Assembly (NCBI RefSeq): GCF_006345805.1
Contig: NC_043000.1
Coordinates: 50,158,001-50,222,000, forward strand
Direction: 5' to 3'
DNA length: 64,000 nt
Source: Octopus sinensis
Taxonomy: Eukaryota
In this document: positions 13,133 through 26,336 of the stretch, piece by piece
Position numbering within the stretch: the stretch's first letter is position 1
Layout: each line of letters starts with the position of its first letter
Made by a program: the position numbers and the translations under genes
Notes under the pieces: generated by a model
Databases searched by the model: none
Told to the model about the DNA's origin: nothing
What the model saw: the letters and a program-made list of their open reading frames with translations, nothing else

Positions 13133-13589
13133 ATTTATTGCTTTTAGGGTTGATACAATAAGTACCAGTTGAGCACCAGGGTGGGGGGTTGTAATCAACT
13201 TACTCCCTCCTCCAAACTTGCTGGCCCTATGCCAAAATTTGAAACCAATATTTAAAGGTGAATATTTGTTCCAAGTTTTAGGCTAGATTTTCACCTAGGT
13301 TGTAAAAATTTTAACATAGATATACATCATTTCAAGGTTAAACGCTTTATGATTTTTCTGGCACCTTTCTATAAGAGCAAGGACCAATTCTCATACTGAA
13401 GTTTACCCTGGCTTGAGAAGAATAATGAAATTGTTGATTTATATAAACACATTGTCATATTTCATTTCTGTATTTATTTGCAAGATTCTTGATATGATGA
13501 ACTCATGTGTTGAAACAAATGTATCTTAGGAGGGTAAATTTCAACAATAAAAATGCAATTTTTCTCTGGCTCTTTACGCTCCAAGTTTG

Positions 13590-14370
13590 AATACTGCCAA
13601 GGCCAACAGGGCCTTTCATACTTGTGGGGTTGATGTAATTCAGTAGCACCCGACCCTCAAAATTGCTGGCATTGTGCCAAAAATTAGAATAATTATTAAG
13701 GTGGTGAGTTGGCGGAAATGTTAGCACACCGGGCAAAATGCTTAGCAGTATTTCGTCTGCCACTATGTTCTGAGTTCAAAATTCTGTCAAGGTCAACTTT
13801 ACCTTTCATCCTTTTGAGGTCAATTAAATAAGTACCAGTTACACACTGGGGTTGATATAATCGACTTAATCCCCTTGTCTGTCCTTGTTTGTTCCCTCTG
13901 TGCATAGCCCCTTGTGAGCAGTAAAGAAATAAGAAACATTAGCAAGTCTGGCAAAATGCTTAGTGACATTTCTTCTGGCTTTTTGCATTCTGAGTTCAAA
14001 TTACACCAAGTTCAACTTTCTTTCTGGGTCGATAAAATAAATACAGTCAAGTACTGAAGTTGATTACATCAACTTCCCCCTCCTCTTAAAAATGCTAGCC
14101 TTGTGTCAAAATTTGAAGCAATTGCTATTATGAGTCAACTCCTTAATTATTCAATTAACTGATTGTTTGATTAATCGTTGGATCGGCCAGCTCATTATAT
14201 TGATTACAGTATTTGAACCAGTACTTCATTTTATCAACCAGAAGGATGACAGATAAAGTTGACCACAGTAGGATTTGAACTCTGAATGTAAAGGAGTTGG
14301 AACAAATACTGCATGTTAAGAAAGACTATTTACAAAGTGATGTTGAGCAAGTTTTAACTGCCACCTTATT
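13590..14370. mobile_element. Cluster of family-B SINEs (best copy 13700-13936, plus strand)
   Basis: Head GGTGGTGAGTTGGCGGAAATGTTAGCAC...GAGTTCAAAATTC, then CTTTCATCCTTTTGAGGTCAATTAAATAAGTACCAG. Confidence 0.8.
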
Positions 14371-14443
14371 AAGATCTAACCAACTTTCAACATTTGTCCC
14401 CCATAAATGGTCTCCCTGTACAGTATTCATACCTACCACACTA

Positions 14444-14641
14444 TGGGGTGACCAGTAATAAAGCCACAGGAAAAAAAAGTCCCAATTAAATGGTGACCGG
14501 TAATAAAGTAACAGTTAATTTAAGGGATCCGGACAAAACCCACTTGGGAACCCCCCCATCTCCGGACAAAATTCTGTGACTTTATAGCCGTGACTTTTTT
14601 CCTGTGACTTGTTTTAGCAGACTTTTTTTTACCCGGATTCC
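14444..14641. mobile_element. Non-autonomous DNA-transposon-like element with AAAGTCAC subterminal repeats
   Basis: Left end has AAAGCCACAGGAAAAAAAAGTCC and AAAGTAACAG. Right end has inverted GTGACTTT repeats and ends CCGGATTCC. Confidence 0.45.
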
Positions 14642-14884
14642 ACGTCATGTACTGTTGTTTGCAAATGTCACAAGTGTAGGCTTTTCATGGAACCATTGGG
14701 CTGCATTCGATAAATTTGATGGTAACATGACAAGCTAGGTAAATGTAATAACATTTGTTGAGGTTGGTTATTTTTTTAATATAAATAACAAGGTCTACTT
14801 TGGAACTTTATACACAATTGTCTTTAACAAACAGGTCAAATAGACTGCAGGATTTTCTAAATCATAAGCCTAATAAAAAGTTAC

Positions 14885-14980
14885 CTTGATTTTTTTTAAT
14901 AGTGTAAGCCCTGCTTGGTAATGAACCATGTCTGACATAACTTGCTTCTCAATAAAGGTTGTCCATGCCAGGATTATACA
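14885..14980 (-). CDS. Candidate 96-bp internal exon (CIILAWTTFIEKQVMSDMVHYQAGLTLLKKIK), unidentified
   Basis: Acceptor TTTTGCTTTGCAG, donor AAG|GTAACT, open in phase 0-0. No homology recognised and it could be chance. Confidence 0.2.
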
Positions 14981-15582
14981 CTGCAAAGCAAAACTTCTTC
15001 TCTATATTGCAATGAACTTTGAAGATTGATCCTAGTTATGAATAACTGGAAATTTCGAACGCAAAACTTCTTCGCCACAGTAGTGCTTTCTATGGTTCAA
15101 ATTCTTCCTTTTATTTTTTAGTACATCGCAGATGACTGAGGTGATTATTTTTAAAATGTCCTATTTCCATGAACTGATCGGATAAATTACATATATTTAT
15201 ACATATGTACGTACTTGCGTTCACACACACACACACACACACGTACATATGTTTTACACTTAAATACATTCCTAGTTTTAATAAAAGTCTATAATACAGT
15301 ATAAAAGGATATTGTTATACTACGCTTTAAAATATTCAAAGAGAAAATAATAGCCATCTAAAGCAAATAACTAAATAAAAAGTTTATCTTTATTTGCTGA
15401 AATACACTAATAATAATCACAAGTTTTGTTCAGGCGAGGAAGAAACTTGTTTAGATTTGTTTCAGTTGTTTTTTTGTGGTTGATTTCTACTTTTTTTCTC
15501 ATGTAACAAAAAAAAAAAGGAAAAAAAAAAATCATGAATAAAAACAAAAAAAAAAACATTATTTCCTGAAACCAATCATGGA

Positions 15583-15700
15583 ATAATAATAATAATAATA
15601 ATATAATAATAATAATAATATAGTAATAATAATAATAATAAATAATAGTAATAATAATAATAATAATAATATAATAGTAATAATATAATAATAATAATAA

Positions 15701-15731
<31 letters not shown>

Positions 15732-15867
15732 GTAATAATAATAATAATAAATAATAGTAATAGTAATAATAATAATAATAATAATAATAGATAATAATAG
15801 TAATAATAATAATAAATAATAATAGTAATAATAATAATAGTAATAATAATAATAATAAATAATAGTA

Positions 15868-15905
<38 letters not shown>

Positions 15906-15925
15906 TAATAGTAATAATAATAATA

Positions 15926-15963
<38 letters not shown>
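15583..15963. repeat. Long imperfect (TAA)n array with TAG/TAAA variants
   Basis: Read directly from the sequence. Confidence 0.95.
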
Positions 15964-15964
<1 letters not shown>

Positions 15965-16795
15965 TAAAGAAAAAAATCTACATGATTTACGCTTTGTTTA
16001 CACAGAGAAAAGAACATTCATTCATATAGTACAGTGTGTTAGTGACTGGTGAGAGGATGAGATGTCGGCGAGATATTACCACCAGCACTGTCATCGATGC
16101 AATGATGAAAAGAAGGTTATTAAAAAATCATAGTTATGAGCCATCTGATTGCTGTTAGTGAATTTATCAGGAAATACAACATGTCTCTCACTTCCCCCCC
16201 CCCATCAACCCTCATTCTCCAACAACATCCCTTATTGTTCGGATGGTAGCCGGATTCAGTTATGAAGACAAGCAATATTTAGAAATTGATCTAGATTGAT
16301 TCTATTCTGTTTTTTTTTTGTTTTTTTTTTCCCCTCCAATTCATTTTCAGTATGTGTGTATGTACGTACGTTGTTTGCTTGAATAGATCCATACATAATT
16401 CAAATAATATTATTCTTTGAGAATATATAATGTAATTCGTAGTGTATAGTGTGTCTGTGTTTGTGTCCATGGATACAACATTTCCCTGTTTGTTTTAATA
16501 ATTAAACAACATTTTTGTTTTGTATTCTTTTACTTATTTATATATTTATTGACTGGCCAAGATATTAAAATCATTTTGTTTGTGAAGCAATAAATGATTC
16601 TGGCAAACCTACGACTGCATACATGAATGAATAACAATAGCTAACATCAACTCCATGACACATGTCATCAAAAACATATATGCAACATAATCGTCCTTTT
16701 AGCATCCCTTTTTCACAGAGCAGACATGGGTTTGACAGGTGCTTTGTACAGCAATTCTCTCAGTGTCTCAAATATAAGGGAATTGCCCCATTTGC

Positions 16796-16888
<93 letters not shown>

Positions 16889-17123
16889 TATATATATATA
16901 TATATATATAGGCGATCTTTCGGTACAAGCATCATAATTGCCAATTATAAACCCACATGGGTTTATTTACATTTCTGAAAAAAAAAGAAACCCTTTTCCC
17001 CCACCCCTAACCCTAACTCCATATATATATTAAAAAAAAAATTGACAGAAAGTGACGACCTTCTTCTTCAAATGTAAACAAACAGACTTGGCAGTTATGG
17101 TACTTGTACCGAAAGATCGCACG

Positions 17124-17200
<77 letters not shown>

Positions 17201-17202
<2 letters not shown>

Positions 17203-17610
17203 TCTTTACTCTTTACTCTTTTACTTGTTTCAGTCATTTGACTGTGGCCATGCTGGAGCACCGCCTTTAGTCGAGCAAATCGACCCCGGAACTTATTCTT
17301 TGTAAGCCCAGTACTTATTCTATCGGCCTCTTTTGCCGAACTGCTAAGGGACATAAACACACCAGCATCGGTTGTCAAGCAATGCTAGGGGGACAAACAC
17401 AGGCACACAAACACATACACACACATACATATATATACATATATACGACAGGCTTCTTTCAGTTTCCGTCTACCAAATCCACTCACATGGCATTGGTCGG
17501 CCCGGGGCTATAGCAGAAGACACTTGCCCAAGGTGCCACGCAGTGGGACTGAACCCGGAACCATGTGGTTGGTAAACAAGCTACTTACCACACAGCCACT
17601 CCTGCGCCTA
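17201..17610 (-). mobile_element. SINE family A, near full length, young
   Basis: Full head (reverse complement TAGGCGCAGGAGTGGCTGTGTGGTAAG...GGGTTCAGTCCC), CpGs retained, (AGTAAAAG)n tail. Confidence 0.9.
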
Positions 17611-18424
17611 TATATATATATACACACACACACAATTTCATACTTTATTGTCCTGCATTATATATCATCAGATGCAATGTATTTTAATTTGACTTAAACT
17701 TCACATGTTAATGATGGCGTATGTTGATCTGGTGCTCTGTGTCCACCTTTCTTAAATACTAAAATATGATTGAATGCTAAAACATATTGACGGAATTGTA
17801 ATCATGTAAATCGATTCAGCACTTGAGATGTGCCCTGGAGAAACGTTATTCCTGTCAAATTAATGTAAAGTGTCATAACTTTTAAATATTATATAACTAG
17901 TTTACTATGGCCATACACGTACAATGTAAATGCTGGTCGATGCTTTGTGAGTGAAATTTGGTAGACAGAAGAAACACTACAGGAACCTGTCATATATTCA
18001 TATGTACGTGTGTGTGTTTCCTTATGTCTACACTTAGATATCATTTGAGCAAAATATATTCCGTATTTTGGTAGTATTTGTGATTTCAGCATGAGAAGTT
18101 GAATGAAATGAGAACTACCGCATTTCAAAAACAAATGTTGTTAACAGGAAGGGTATCTGAGTGTAGAATACTGCCTCACTAAGTTTCATCCAAACCATAC
18201 ACATATCTGACAATTATTCCAAACCATGTTTCTAGAACAAAAAAAAAAAAAATCCCTAGAATTCCTGTGCCAAACTACAATTTTTCTGCAGTTTCTGACT
18301 TTGTAGAAATTCAAACTAAATATTAACCATATAATTGTCACCAGTCTTAAGCAGTTCTATCAAGGATATCGGCACTGCTGCTTCTTTCTGACTAAAACAC
18401 ACACTCACATACACCTGTACATTG

Positions 18425-18945
18425 TTTATTTTTTACTTGCTCCTGTCATTTGACTGCAGCCATGCTGGGGCACTACCTTAAAAGGTTTTAGCAGAACAAA
18501 TCAACACTTGAACTTATTTAGTTTTTTTGAAGCTTAGTACTTATTTTGTCAGTCTCCTTTTACCAAACTGCTAAGTTACAGGGACATAAACACACTACCA
18601 CCGGTTGTCAAGCAATGGTGGGGGACAAACACAAACACAGAAACACACACACACATTGATATATATATATACACACACAGAGGTATATATATATATATAT
18701 ATGATACTCAGACTGGGGTTTGGTGCAGCCTTCCAGTGTGCCAGCCCAGTCAAATCGTTCAACCTATGCCATTATGAACAACAGACATTAAATGATGATG
18801 ATGATGATAACACAAAGGGCTTCTTTCAGTTTCCATCTACCAAATCCACTCACAAGGCTTTGGTCAGCCTGAGGCTATAGTAGAAGACATTTGCCCAAGG
18901 TGTCATGCAGTGGGATTGAACCCGGAACCATGTAGTTGAGAAGCA
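18425..18945 (-). mobile_element. SINE family A interrupted by an RTE-type 3' tail fragment (18706-18815, plus strand)
   Basis: Family-A halves flank AGACTGGGGTTTGGTGCAGCC...ATTAAATGATGATGATG. Confidence 0.7.
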
Positions 18946-20920
18946 ATGAAATGCTCATTATTTACTTCATTAAATTTCGAAAAGAAATTTATCTTTTTAT
19001 TGTTAGTTGTTAACCATTTGTTTTTGTTTTTTGGTTTTGTTTCCCTTTCTGCAAATACACACACACGTGCCTTCACTTACAGCTCCCAACATTTAGAAAA
19101 AATCTCTTCTCATACTAATCTACATTACCCTATTATGAATAATTTTTTTTCACTCAGACACTTTTATTTTTCTTTTATCCTTACTATTAAAGTGTGAATG
19201 GCCTAAAATGTTGGAAACCTAATGTAAAATACAGATTAGCTGGAGTAATGTCATTGGATTTAGTTATTTGTTAGTTGAGTGTCATAAATGATCACCCATT
19301 TAAGAATCATTGCAACCTGACAAGGCAATTATTGACCAAATTGGAAAATTTGTTTCATTCTGTGGATTTTTATTAAATATCTTTAAATGTCCTCGAACCA
19401 TACCGCCACTACCATCACAACCACCACCACTTCCACTGCAGTCACTGTCACCATGGCTGTTGCTATTACCTTCGCATTCACATTCAACATCAGTAATTGG
19501 CAAAAAAAGACTAATTCTTGTCAACAGCCAAGATTTATCAGGCAGTTTTGTTGTTGTTGTTATTGTTGTATACTTTTTAGCTCTCATCTTAATTTACTTT
19601 CTCTTTACACACACACGTGAACATCTAAATACAAATGAGAACACACACACACACACATATATATATGTATTTATATATATATATGTGTGTGTGTTTGTGA
19701 TTTTAGAGATAGAAAGAGAGAGAGAGTTACAAATATATATACACACACATTTATATATATATATATATATATATTTAATATTTTTTGGCTAATGGGTATA
19801 TATGTTGATTAGTGTGTTGCATATGTACATATATATATGAGTGGGTGGGTATGTGTCCTTGTTCACACACACCTACACATACCAATTTTAGAGATTCTTA
19901 TTATTTGTTGGTAGTGTGGTGGTGGTGGTGGTGGTGGTGGTGGTAGGTGAAGTGGTAGTAGTAGTAGTAGTTGTGGTAGTAGAAGGAGGAGTGAAATAAC
20001 CAATCAGCAAGTAAAAATGAATAGCTTTGGCTATTTCCCACTTTTTTTTTCACACAGATTCAATGATTCAATAGTGGTAATTAGTCAAGAGACAGGTGTA
20101 ATACAAAATCCTATGTCAGGCAAAATCCTCAGAAAATATCGAGGTTACATCCTGAACATGAAAACAAGTTTCTAAAAAAGAAGGAGCTATATTTATTTAT
20201 TGGTACGCTCCCATGACAACCTTTTTGTAATAGAATGAATAATTTATTAGGGAGGAAAAATATATAAAAAGATGATAGAGAAAATAAGTTTATTACGATA
20301 TTATTTTGATGCAGTATAGTAATTGAAGAAACATTAAAAGGCCTTACATTAATGATCTGAAATAAAAGTGATTCATGTGATTGACCAAGGGAAATATTTG
20401 TTTTCTTGTTTTTATTTTGTTTGTCTATACCACCAGTGCGGTTATGGGTATCATATATAAGAGTTAGACCACATATTTTATATATATATATATATATATA
20501 TGAATTTTATATACATACATATCATATATATATATTGGTATTCATATCTATATAGTGTGTGTATAGTGTATGTGTGTACAGATGTAAATATATATTTATA
20601 CATATATGTGTGTGTGTGTGTATTTAGCTATCTCTCTCTCTCCCATGCTTTTTATATATATATATATATATCAGTATCATCATTATCATCATCATCATCA
20701 TCATCATTTAACATCCGTTTTCCATTCTGGTATGGATTGGACAGTTTGACAAGATCTACTGTCAGGTTTAACATGGACTCTGCAGCTTGATGCTCTTACT
20801 AATACCAGCCATGTTACAGTGTATCCTAGGTGCTTTTTTCATACCACCACCACCAGTTGTGGGGTTACCAAGTAACAGGCAAGACAGGAAAAGATAAACT
20901 AGTTATTTTTTTAGTGCAGG

Positions 20921-20971
20921 AAGAACAGAGTGACTATCTATCTATCTATCTATCTCTCTCTCTCACACTCA

Positions 20972-21002
<31 letters not shown>

Positions 21003-21024
21003 GATAGATAGTCACTCTGTTCTT
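20921..21024. repeat. Small hairpin: 14-bp unique IR extended by (TATC)n/(GATA)n arms
   Basis: AAGAACAGAGTGAC-(TATC)n ... (GATA)n-GTCACTCTGTTCTT. Confidence 0.9.
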
Positions 21025-21052
21025 TTATATATATATACTAAATGATAAGAAG

Positions 21053-21406
21053 AAGACAAATAAAATTCTTTAACACATCATTAATGATTCGTTACAATTG
21101 TTTCTGTCCCAGCTCTATTTGCAACACCAGTTTGCGCAAAAATTTGAAGTGAAAATTTATGTAATGTTTGAGGTTTTAGATTTTAGAGAAGCACTACTCT
21201 AATGTCTAAAACCTCTCTTATGTTTAAAACTTTCTCTAATGTCCTGAAAATTCTCTAATGTCTGAAACTTCTATAATATCTAAAACCACAAACGTTACGT
21301 AAATTTTCGCTTAAAATTTTTGTGTGAAATGGTATCGCAAATAGAATTAGTAGGGAAACAATTTTAATGACTCATTGGAGATGTGTTAAAGAATTTTCTT
21401 TGTCTT
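21053..21406. mobile_element. Fold-back element with ~130-bp TIRs and central tandem repeats
   Basis: AAGACAAATAAAATTCTTTAACACATC ... GATGTGTTAAAGAATTTTCTTTGTCTT. The centre has about five CTCTAATGTCTAAAAC-like units. Confidence 0.75.
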
Positions 21407-21454
21407 ATTATTATTATTTGGTAAATATATATAAATATATATATATTAAGACAC

Positions 21455-21775
21455 CTGTGCCGGTGACAAGGAAAAAGAACCATTCGAGCGTGGTAGTTAC
21501 TAGCGTCGCCTGACTGGCATCTGTGTCGGTGACACGTAAAAGCACCAGCCGATCATGGCCATTTGCCAGCCTGCTCTGGCTCCTGTGCCGGTGGCACGTA
21601 AAAATCACCCACTACACTCACGGAGTGGTTGGCATTAGGAAGGGCATCCAGCTGTAGAAACACTGCCAAGTCAGACTAGAGCCTGGTGCAGCCTCCATGG
21701 CTTACCAGACCCCAGTCGAACCGTCCAACCCATGCTAGCATGGAAAACAGACGTTAAATGATGATGATGATGATA
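21455..21775 (+). mobile_element. RTE-type 3' UTR fragment with (GAT)n tail
   Basis: Matches 32900-33176 (CACGTAAAAAGCACCCACTACACTCACGGAGTGGTTGGC...AGGAAGGGCATCCAGCTG). Further fragments near 20683-20880(-), 22812-22990(-), 27897-28085(-), 46835-47155(+) and 58105-58195(+). Confidence 0.8.
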
Positions 21776-21947
21776 TTGATGTCTTTTTGACTATTACAAA
21801 TATATTCATATTATAACTAATCTATATAGTATAGCATGTTAGTCAGTCCATGCCTGCCATGTTCTCTCGCCCTTTCAATGCATTTTATAGCATACTAGAG
21901 GAGAAGAAGTAGCTAGTCTTTTGTTTAACCCCACCTCTATTTTCAGG

Positions 21948-22017
21948 ATGCGAGGGATACTCCTGTTATTGTTATTGGGTGCTCTCAACCAGCTCTGTTT
22001 GAACAGAACTATAACAT
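21948..22017 (+). CDS. Candidate first coding exon with signal-peptide-like N terminus (MRGILLLLLLGALNQLCLNRTIT)
   Basis: Acceptor CCTCTATTTTCAG|G immediately before ATG, basic-hydrophobic-polar pattern, donor T|GTATGG in phase 1. An alternative frame is also open. Confidence 0.3.
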
Positions 22018-22701
22018 GTATGGAACTGATCACATGAAGCAAATTCAACCGACGATTTCTAGTTATCCTTTCTTTAATGTGTAGAGGTCAAAGGTTGCAT
22101 GACTAAGTTTAAGGCATTGACCTACCAACACATGAGTTAGGAGCTCAAATATGCTGCAAGAGTCTTGATGTGTTTTCAAGCAGGTAAATATATATCTTCC
22201 CTGCTTCAGTTCACCTAGCTCTTATAATAAACAGGTATCAAACCATCTGTAAATTTTGCTTGTAATAGACTTTGCATCCCATTTAGGAGCTAGTAGGGAT
22301 AGATTTCATCTCATTCATTCACTCAAGGCCATGGAAGCAAGATAAATATTAGCATGCAGAGAAGTTTAAACCTTAGAAGATATTTACATCACATTATATG
22401 AATGAGCTACAAAATATGGATGAGCTAACAGCTAAGATTTTCACTGGAAAGAAATTGTAATATATGTACGTCTTTACTGTAATCATGTGTACAGGGATTT
22501 AGAACTTGATACAATATGATCTCAATTTTAATAACTATAAAATAGATGCAGGCATCGTTCTGTCGTTAAGAAGTTTGCTTCCCAACCACATGTGGGTTCA
22601 GTCCCACTGTGTAGCTCCTTGGGCACATGTCTTCTATTATAGACCTGGGCTGCTCAAATCCTTCTAAGTGGATTTGGTAGAGAAACTGAAAGAAGTTCCT
22701 C

Positions 22702-22747
<46 letters not shown>

Positions 22748-23554
22748 ATATATATATATATTTATATACATATATATATATATGTATGTATGTATATAAT
22801 ATATATGCATCATTATCACCCTCTTCATCGTTTAACCGGTGCTGTCCATGCTGGCATGGATTGCACAGCTTGACTGAGGACTGGTAAACCAGGAGGCTGC
22901 ACCAGACTCCACTTTGATCTGGCAAGGTTTCTACAGCTGGATGCCGTTCTTAACACCAACCACTCCAAGAGTATAGTGAGTGCTTTTTAGGGCCAGACAA
23001 GCAGCACTAGCATCGATTATATATTTACACACAATTTTTAAAGTAGAAAAAATGTTTTGTTATTGAACAGATTTTAAGTCCAAAATTAGAAGGCAAACCC
23101 TTTCATTGGTCATTAAACAATGGTGTGAAAATAAGAATTCTTATCTCTACTGTGCTGATGTAGTAGTAGACATATTTGACAATGGGAGGGGCAGGGCTGA
23201 AGTTTCCAAAAAAATTCAAGGAAAATGAATTATCTGTGAGTCGTTTGTACTTTTACTTTTTATGCTACTCCACACCGGCAGAAAAAGCAGGTGAACAACT
23301 TGTGACTGGACTCTGCATAGGTATATAATATGACATCCACTAAGACTGATAACAGCAATCTGCATGGCAAAATACAAAAACAAAAAAATTGACAGAATGA
23401 AAAAATTAAGTTGCTTCAGAGGGGCCCTTCTGGGATTAGGGGCCCTGAAGCTTAATCTTCATTAGTTTTATGGTAGATCTGTCACTGCCCAAACCTATAA
23501 ACTTATGCCTAGAATATGTTTTAAAATTCAGTGTAAAAGAACTTTTTCATCATT

Positions 23555-23595
<41 letters not shown>

Positions 23596-24281
23596 TCTGT
23601 TTAACATATAAAATTATGAAGTTGGTACAAATAACAGATTAAATGCCAAAACAGTAATTCTTAAGTTCAAATTCTTCTTCTGTCAGGTAGGGGAAAAAAA
23701 CCCTTAAAATACTTAGCTTTCATCTCTTTGTGACAGTTACTTTAATCAACTATGCCTTTCTTCAAGAAATGTGGGGCTTTATGCATGTCATTTCAGCAAA
23801 TTAATAAAATGGCATGAGATATGAAATTCCAAATGTAATTTAAGAACAAAAAAATCTAACTCATTATATATTATTACTCTAAAAGAAAAATGATAATCTC
23901 ACCTTGGTGAAGAAAGAACCTTGATATAATTAAACTTTAAGTTGATACCTTCTCAAAAGCATGCTTTAAAATGACACTAGATTATCTAAATTGAAGCCTT
24001 TTGCAGCTGAAGAGTCACCTGTGAATTTATCATTTTATAATGTCATCCTTTAAGAAAGAAATAATCCAATTATAAAATGTTTGAACCTATAATTTAAAAT
24101 AATTGCAGTGTTATGACTCTCAGTGGCATTTGTTTTGTAATAATTTGAAGTTAAAGCAAAAAAAAAAGAAAGAAAAAAGCGAAGTGGAAGAAAATGGGAA
24201 AATAAAATATTTAAACAAGTTATGTACATATATACATACATATATATATCTATGTGTGTAGGCATTTTTAAATATATATGC

Positions 24282-24318
<37 letters not shown>

Positions 24319-25711
24319 TGTGTGTGTGTGTACATATATATATATATATATACATACACATATACATATATCCACACAGATACATGCACACACATATACA
24401 CACACATATAAACTCACATGCACATATGCATAAATAGCTTCGTGCAAACAATCTACAAAATCATATAAAATTTCATGAAATAAGCCTGGATATTGCTAAT
24501 AAAATATACCTTTATGGAAAAATGATATATAAAATTGTTATTTTGAAAACGAGAAAGAAAATGTTAGTGCTTCTGTTCTCTTATTTTTATATATTTCAGC
24601 TATTTTTTTATTTTGGTTTTATTTATTTATTTATTTATTTTTGCTTTTATCAACACTTTATACTGAATTTATTATTAAAGTCTACAAATTATGTTGAAGA
24701 CGGCACTAGCAAATGACAAATGTTTATTTACTAAAAGCATGTTCATGGAGACAGAGGTGTTTAACAATGAGAAATGAAACGAAATGCATTTATACTTATT
24801 ATTATTATTATTATTATTATTATTTTGTTTTGCTTTTGATTTGCGTCTCTTTAGCATTCTTGTTTGTTCATTTATTTATTTATTTTTTATTCAGCTATTT
24901 TCCCCTGTTAAAATAAATGGAATTTTACTCTCTCTCCCTTTAATTCTGAAAGCAAAGCTATTTTGTGAGTAATAAAAATTGAATTACATTGTATGTGTAT
25001 GTGTATGTATGTTTATGCACATGTTCTGAAACAGAGACACAGCAAGAGAGAGATGAAGGGAAAGAAAGATGGCCTAAAATAGTTTATAAAGAATTGTATT
25101 CCTAGTAAATATGCATCCTATAATTGCTCAAAGCATAATTCAAAATTTTATTAATTTACTATCTGATTATTTTGTGGATCTTTTGACTTGCATTATCATA
25201 ACAATTAGAAAAAAAGGAAAAGCAATTGGTTGTTGTTTTTTTTTTTTTTAACTTCTTTATTTGTTTACTCGCTTACTGGTTTCAATCACTGGGCTGCAAT
25301 CATGCTGGAATACCAACTTTAAAGGGTTTTAGATGATCTTATCCTCTGCAATATTTATTGAAGTCTGGCACTTATTTTATCAATATCTGTTTATGAAATA
25401 AGTAAGATAATTTTGCGACATAAAGGAAAGCAACTCGTCACATTGGTTTGTAACAGTATTTCACAAACACAGACACATACACACACTCATATGTGTGTGT
25501 GTATGTGTGTACATACAGACACACACACACACATACATATGTCTGTGAGTGTTTGTGTGTATTCAAGGCTCTGATGAAGCTTTAAGGTGTTGCACAGGCA
25601 CTTAGTAATGAATCCACTGCATCTAGTAGCAGAAAGAACTGTAAGCTAATGAAATTCATAAGATATTCATTTATTCCTTTATCATCTCATTTTCTTATAT
25701 TCTTTTATTTT

Positions 25712-25925
25712 TTTTACTTGTTTCAGTCATTTGACTGTGGCCATGCTAGAGCACCACCTTTAGTCAAACAGATCGAACCCCCAGGACTTATTCTTTGTAA
25801 GCCTAGAACTTATTCTATCAGTCTCTTTTTGCCAAACTGCTAAGTGACAAGAACATAAACATATCAACATTGGTTGTTAAGCAATGTTGGTGGTGGGGAC
25901 AAACACAGACACAAATAACAAATAC

Positions 25926-25966
<41 letters not shown>

Positions 25967-26129
25967 CGATGGGCTTCTTTCAGTTTCTGTATACCAAATC
26001 GACTCACAAGGTTTTGGCCGGCCTGAGGCTATAGTAGAAGACACTTGCCCAAGATGTCATGCAGTGGAACTGAACCTAGAACCATGTGATTGGGAAGCAA
26101 GCTTCTTACCACACAGCAACACTTGCACC

Positions 26130-26130
<1 letters not shown>
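25712..26130 (-). mobile_element. SINE family A
   Basis: Full head-to-tail match to the 17201 copy. Confidence 0.85.
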
Positions 26131-26170
<40 letters not shown>

Positions 26171-26274
26171 TCATATATATATGTATATATATATATATCA
26201 TCATATATATATGTATATATACATATATATCATCATATATATATATATATCATCATCATATATATGTATATATA

Positions 26275-26336
<62 letters not shown>

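Noticed and set aside
17836-17850. GAAACGTT minimal helix III-like motif
   Set aside because: No upstream catalytic CUGANGA box.
19915-19945. (GGT)n tracts (also 60488-60515) as functional G-quadruplexes
   Set aside because: Ordinary two-tier microsatellites with no context suggesting function.
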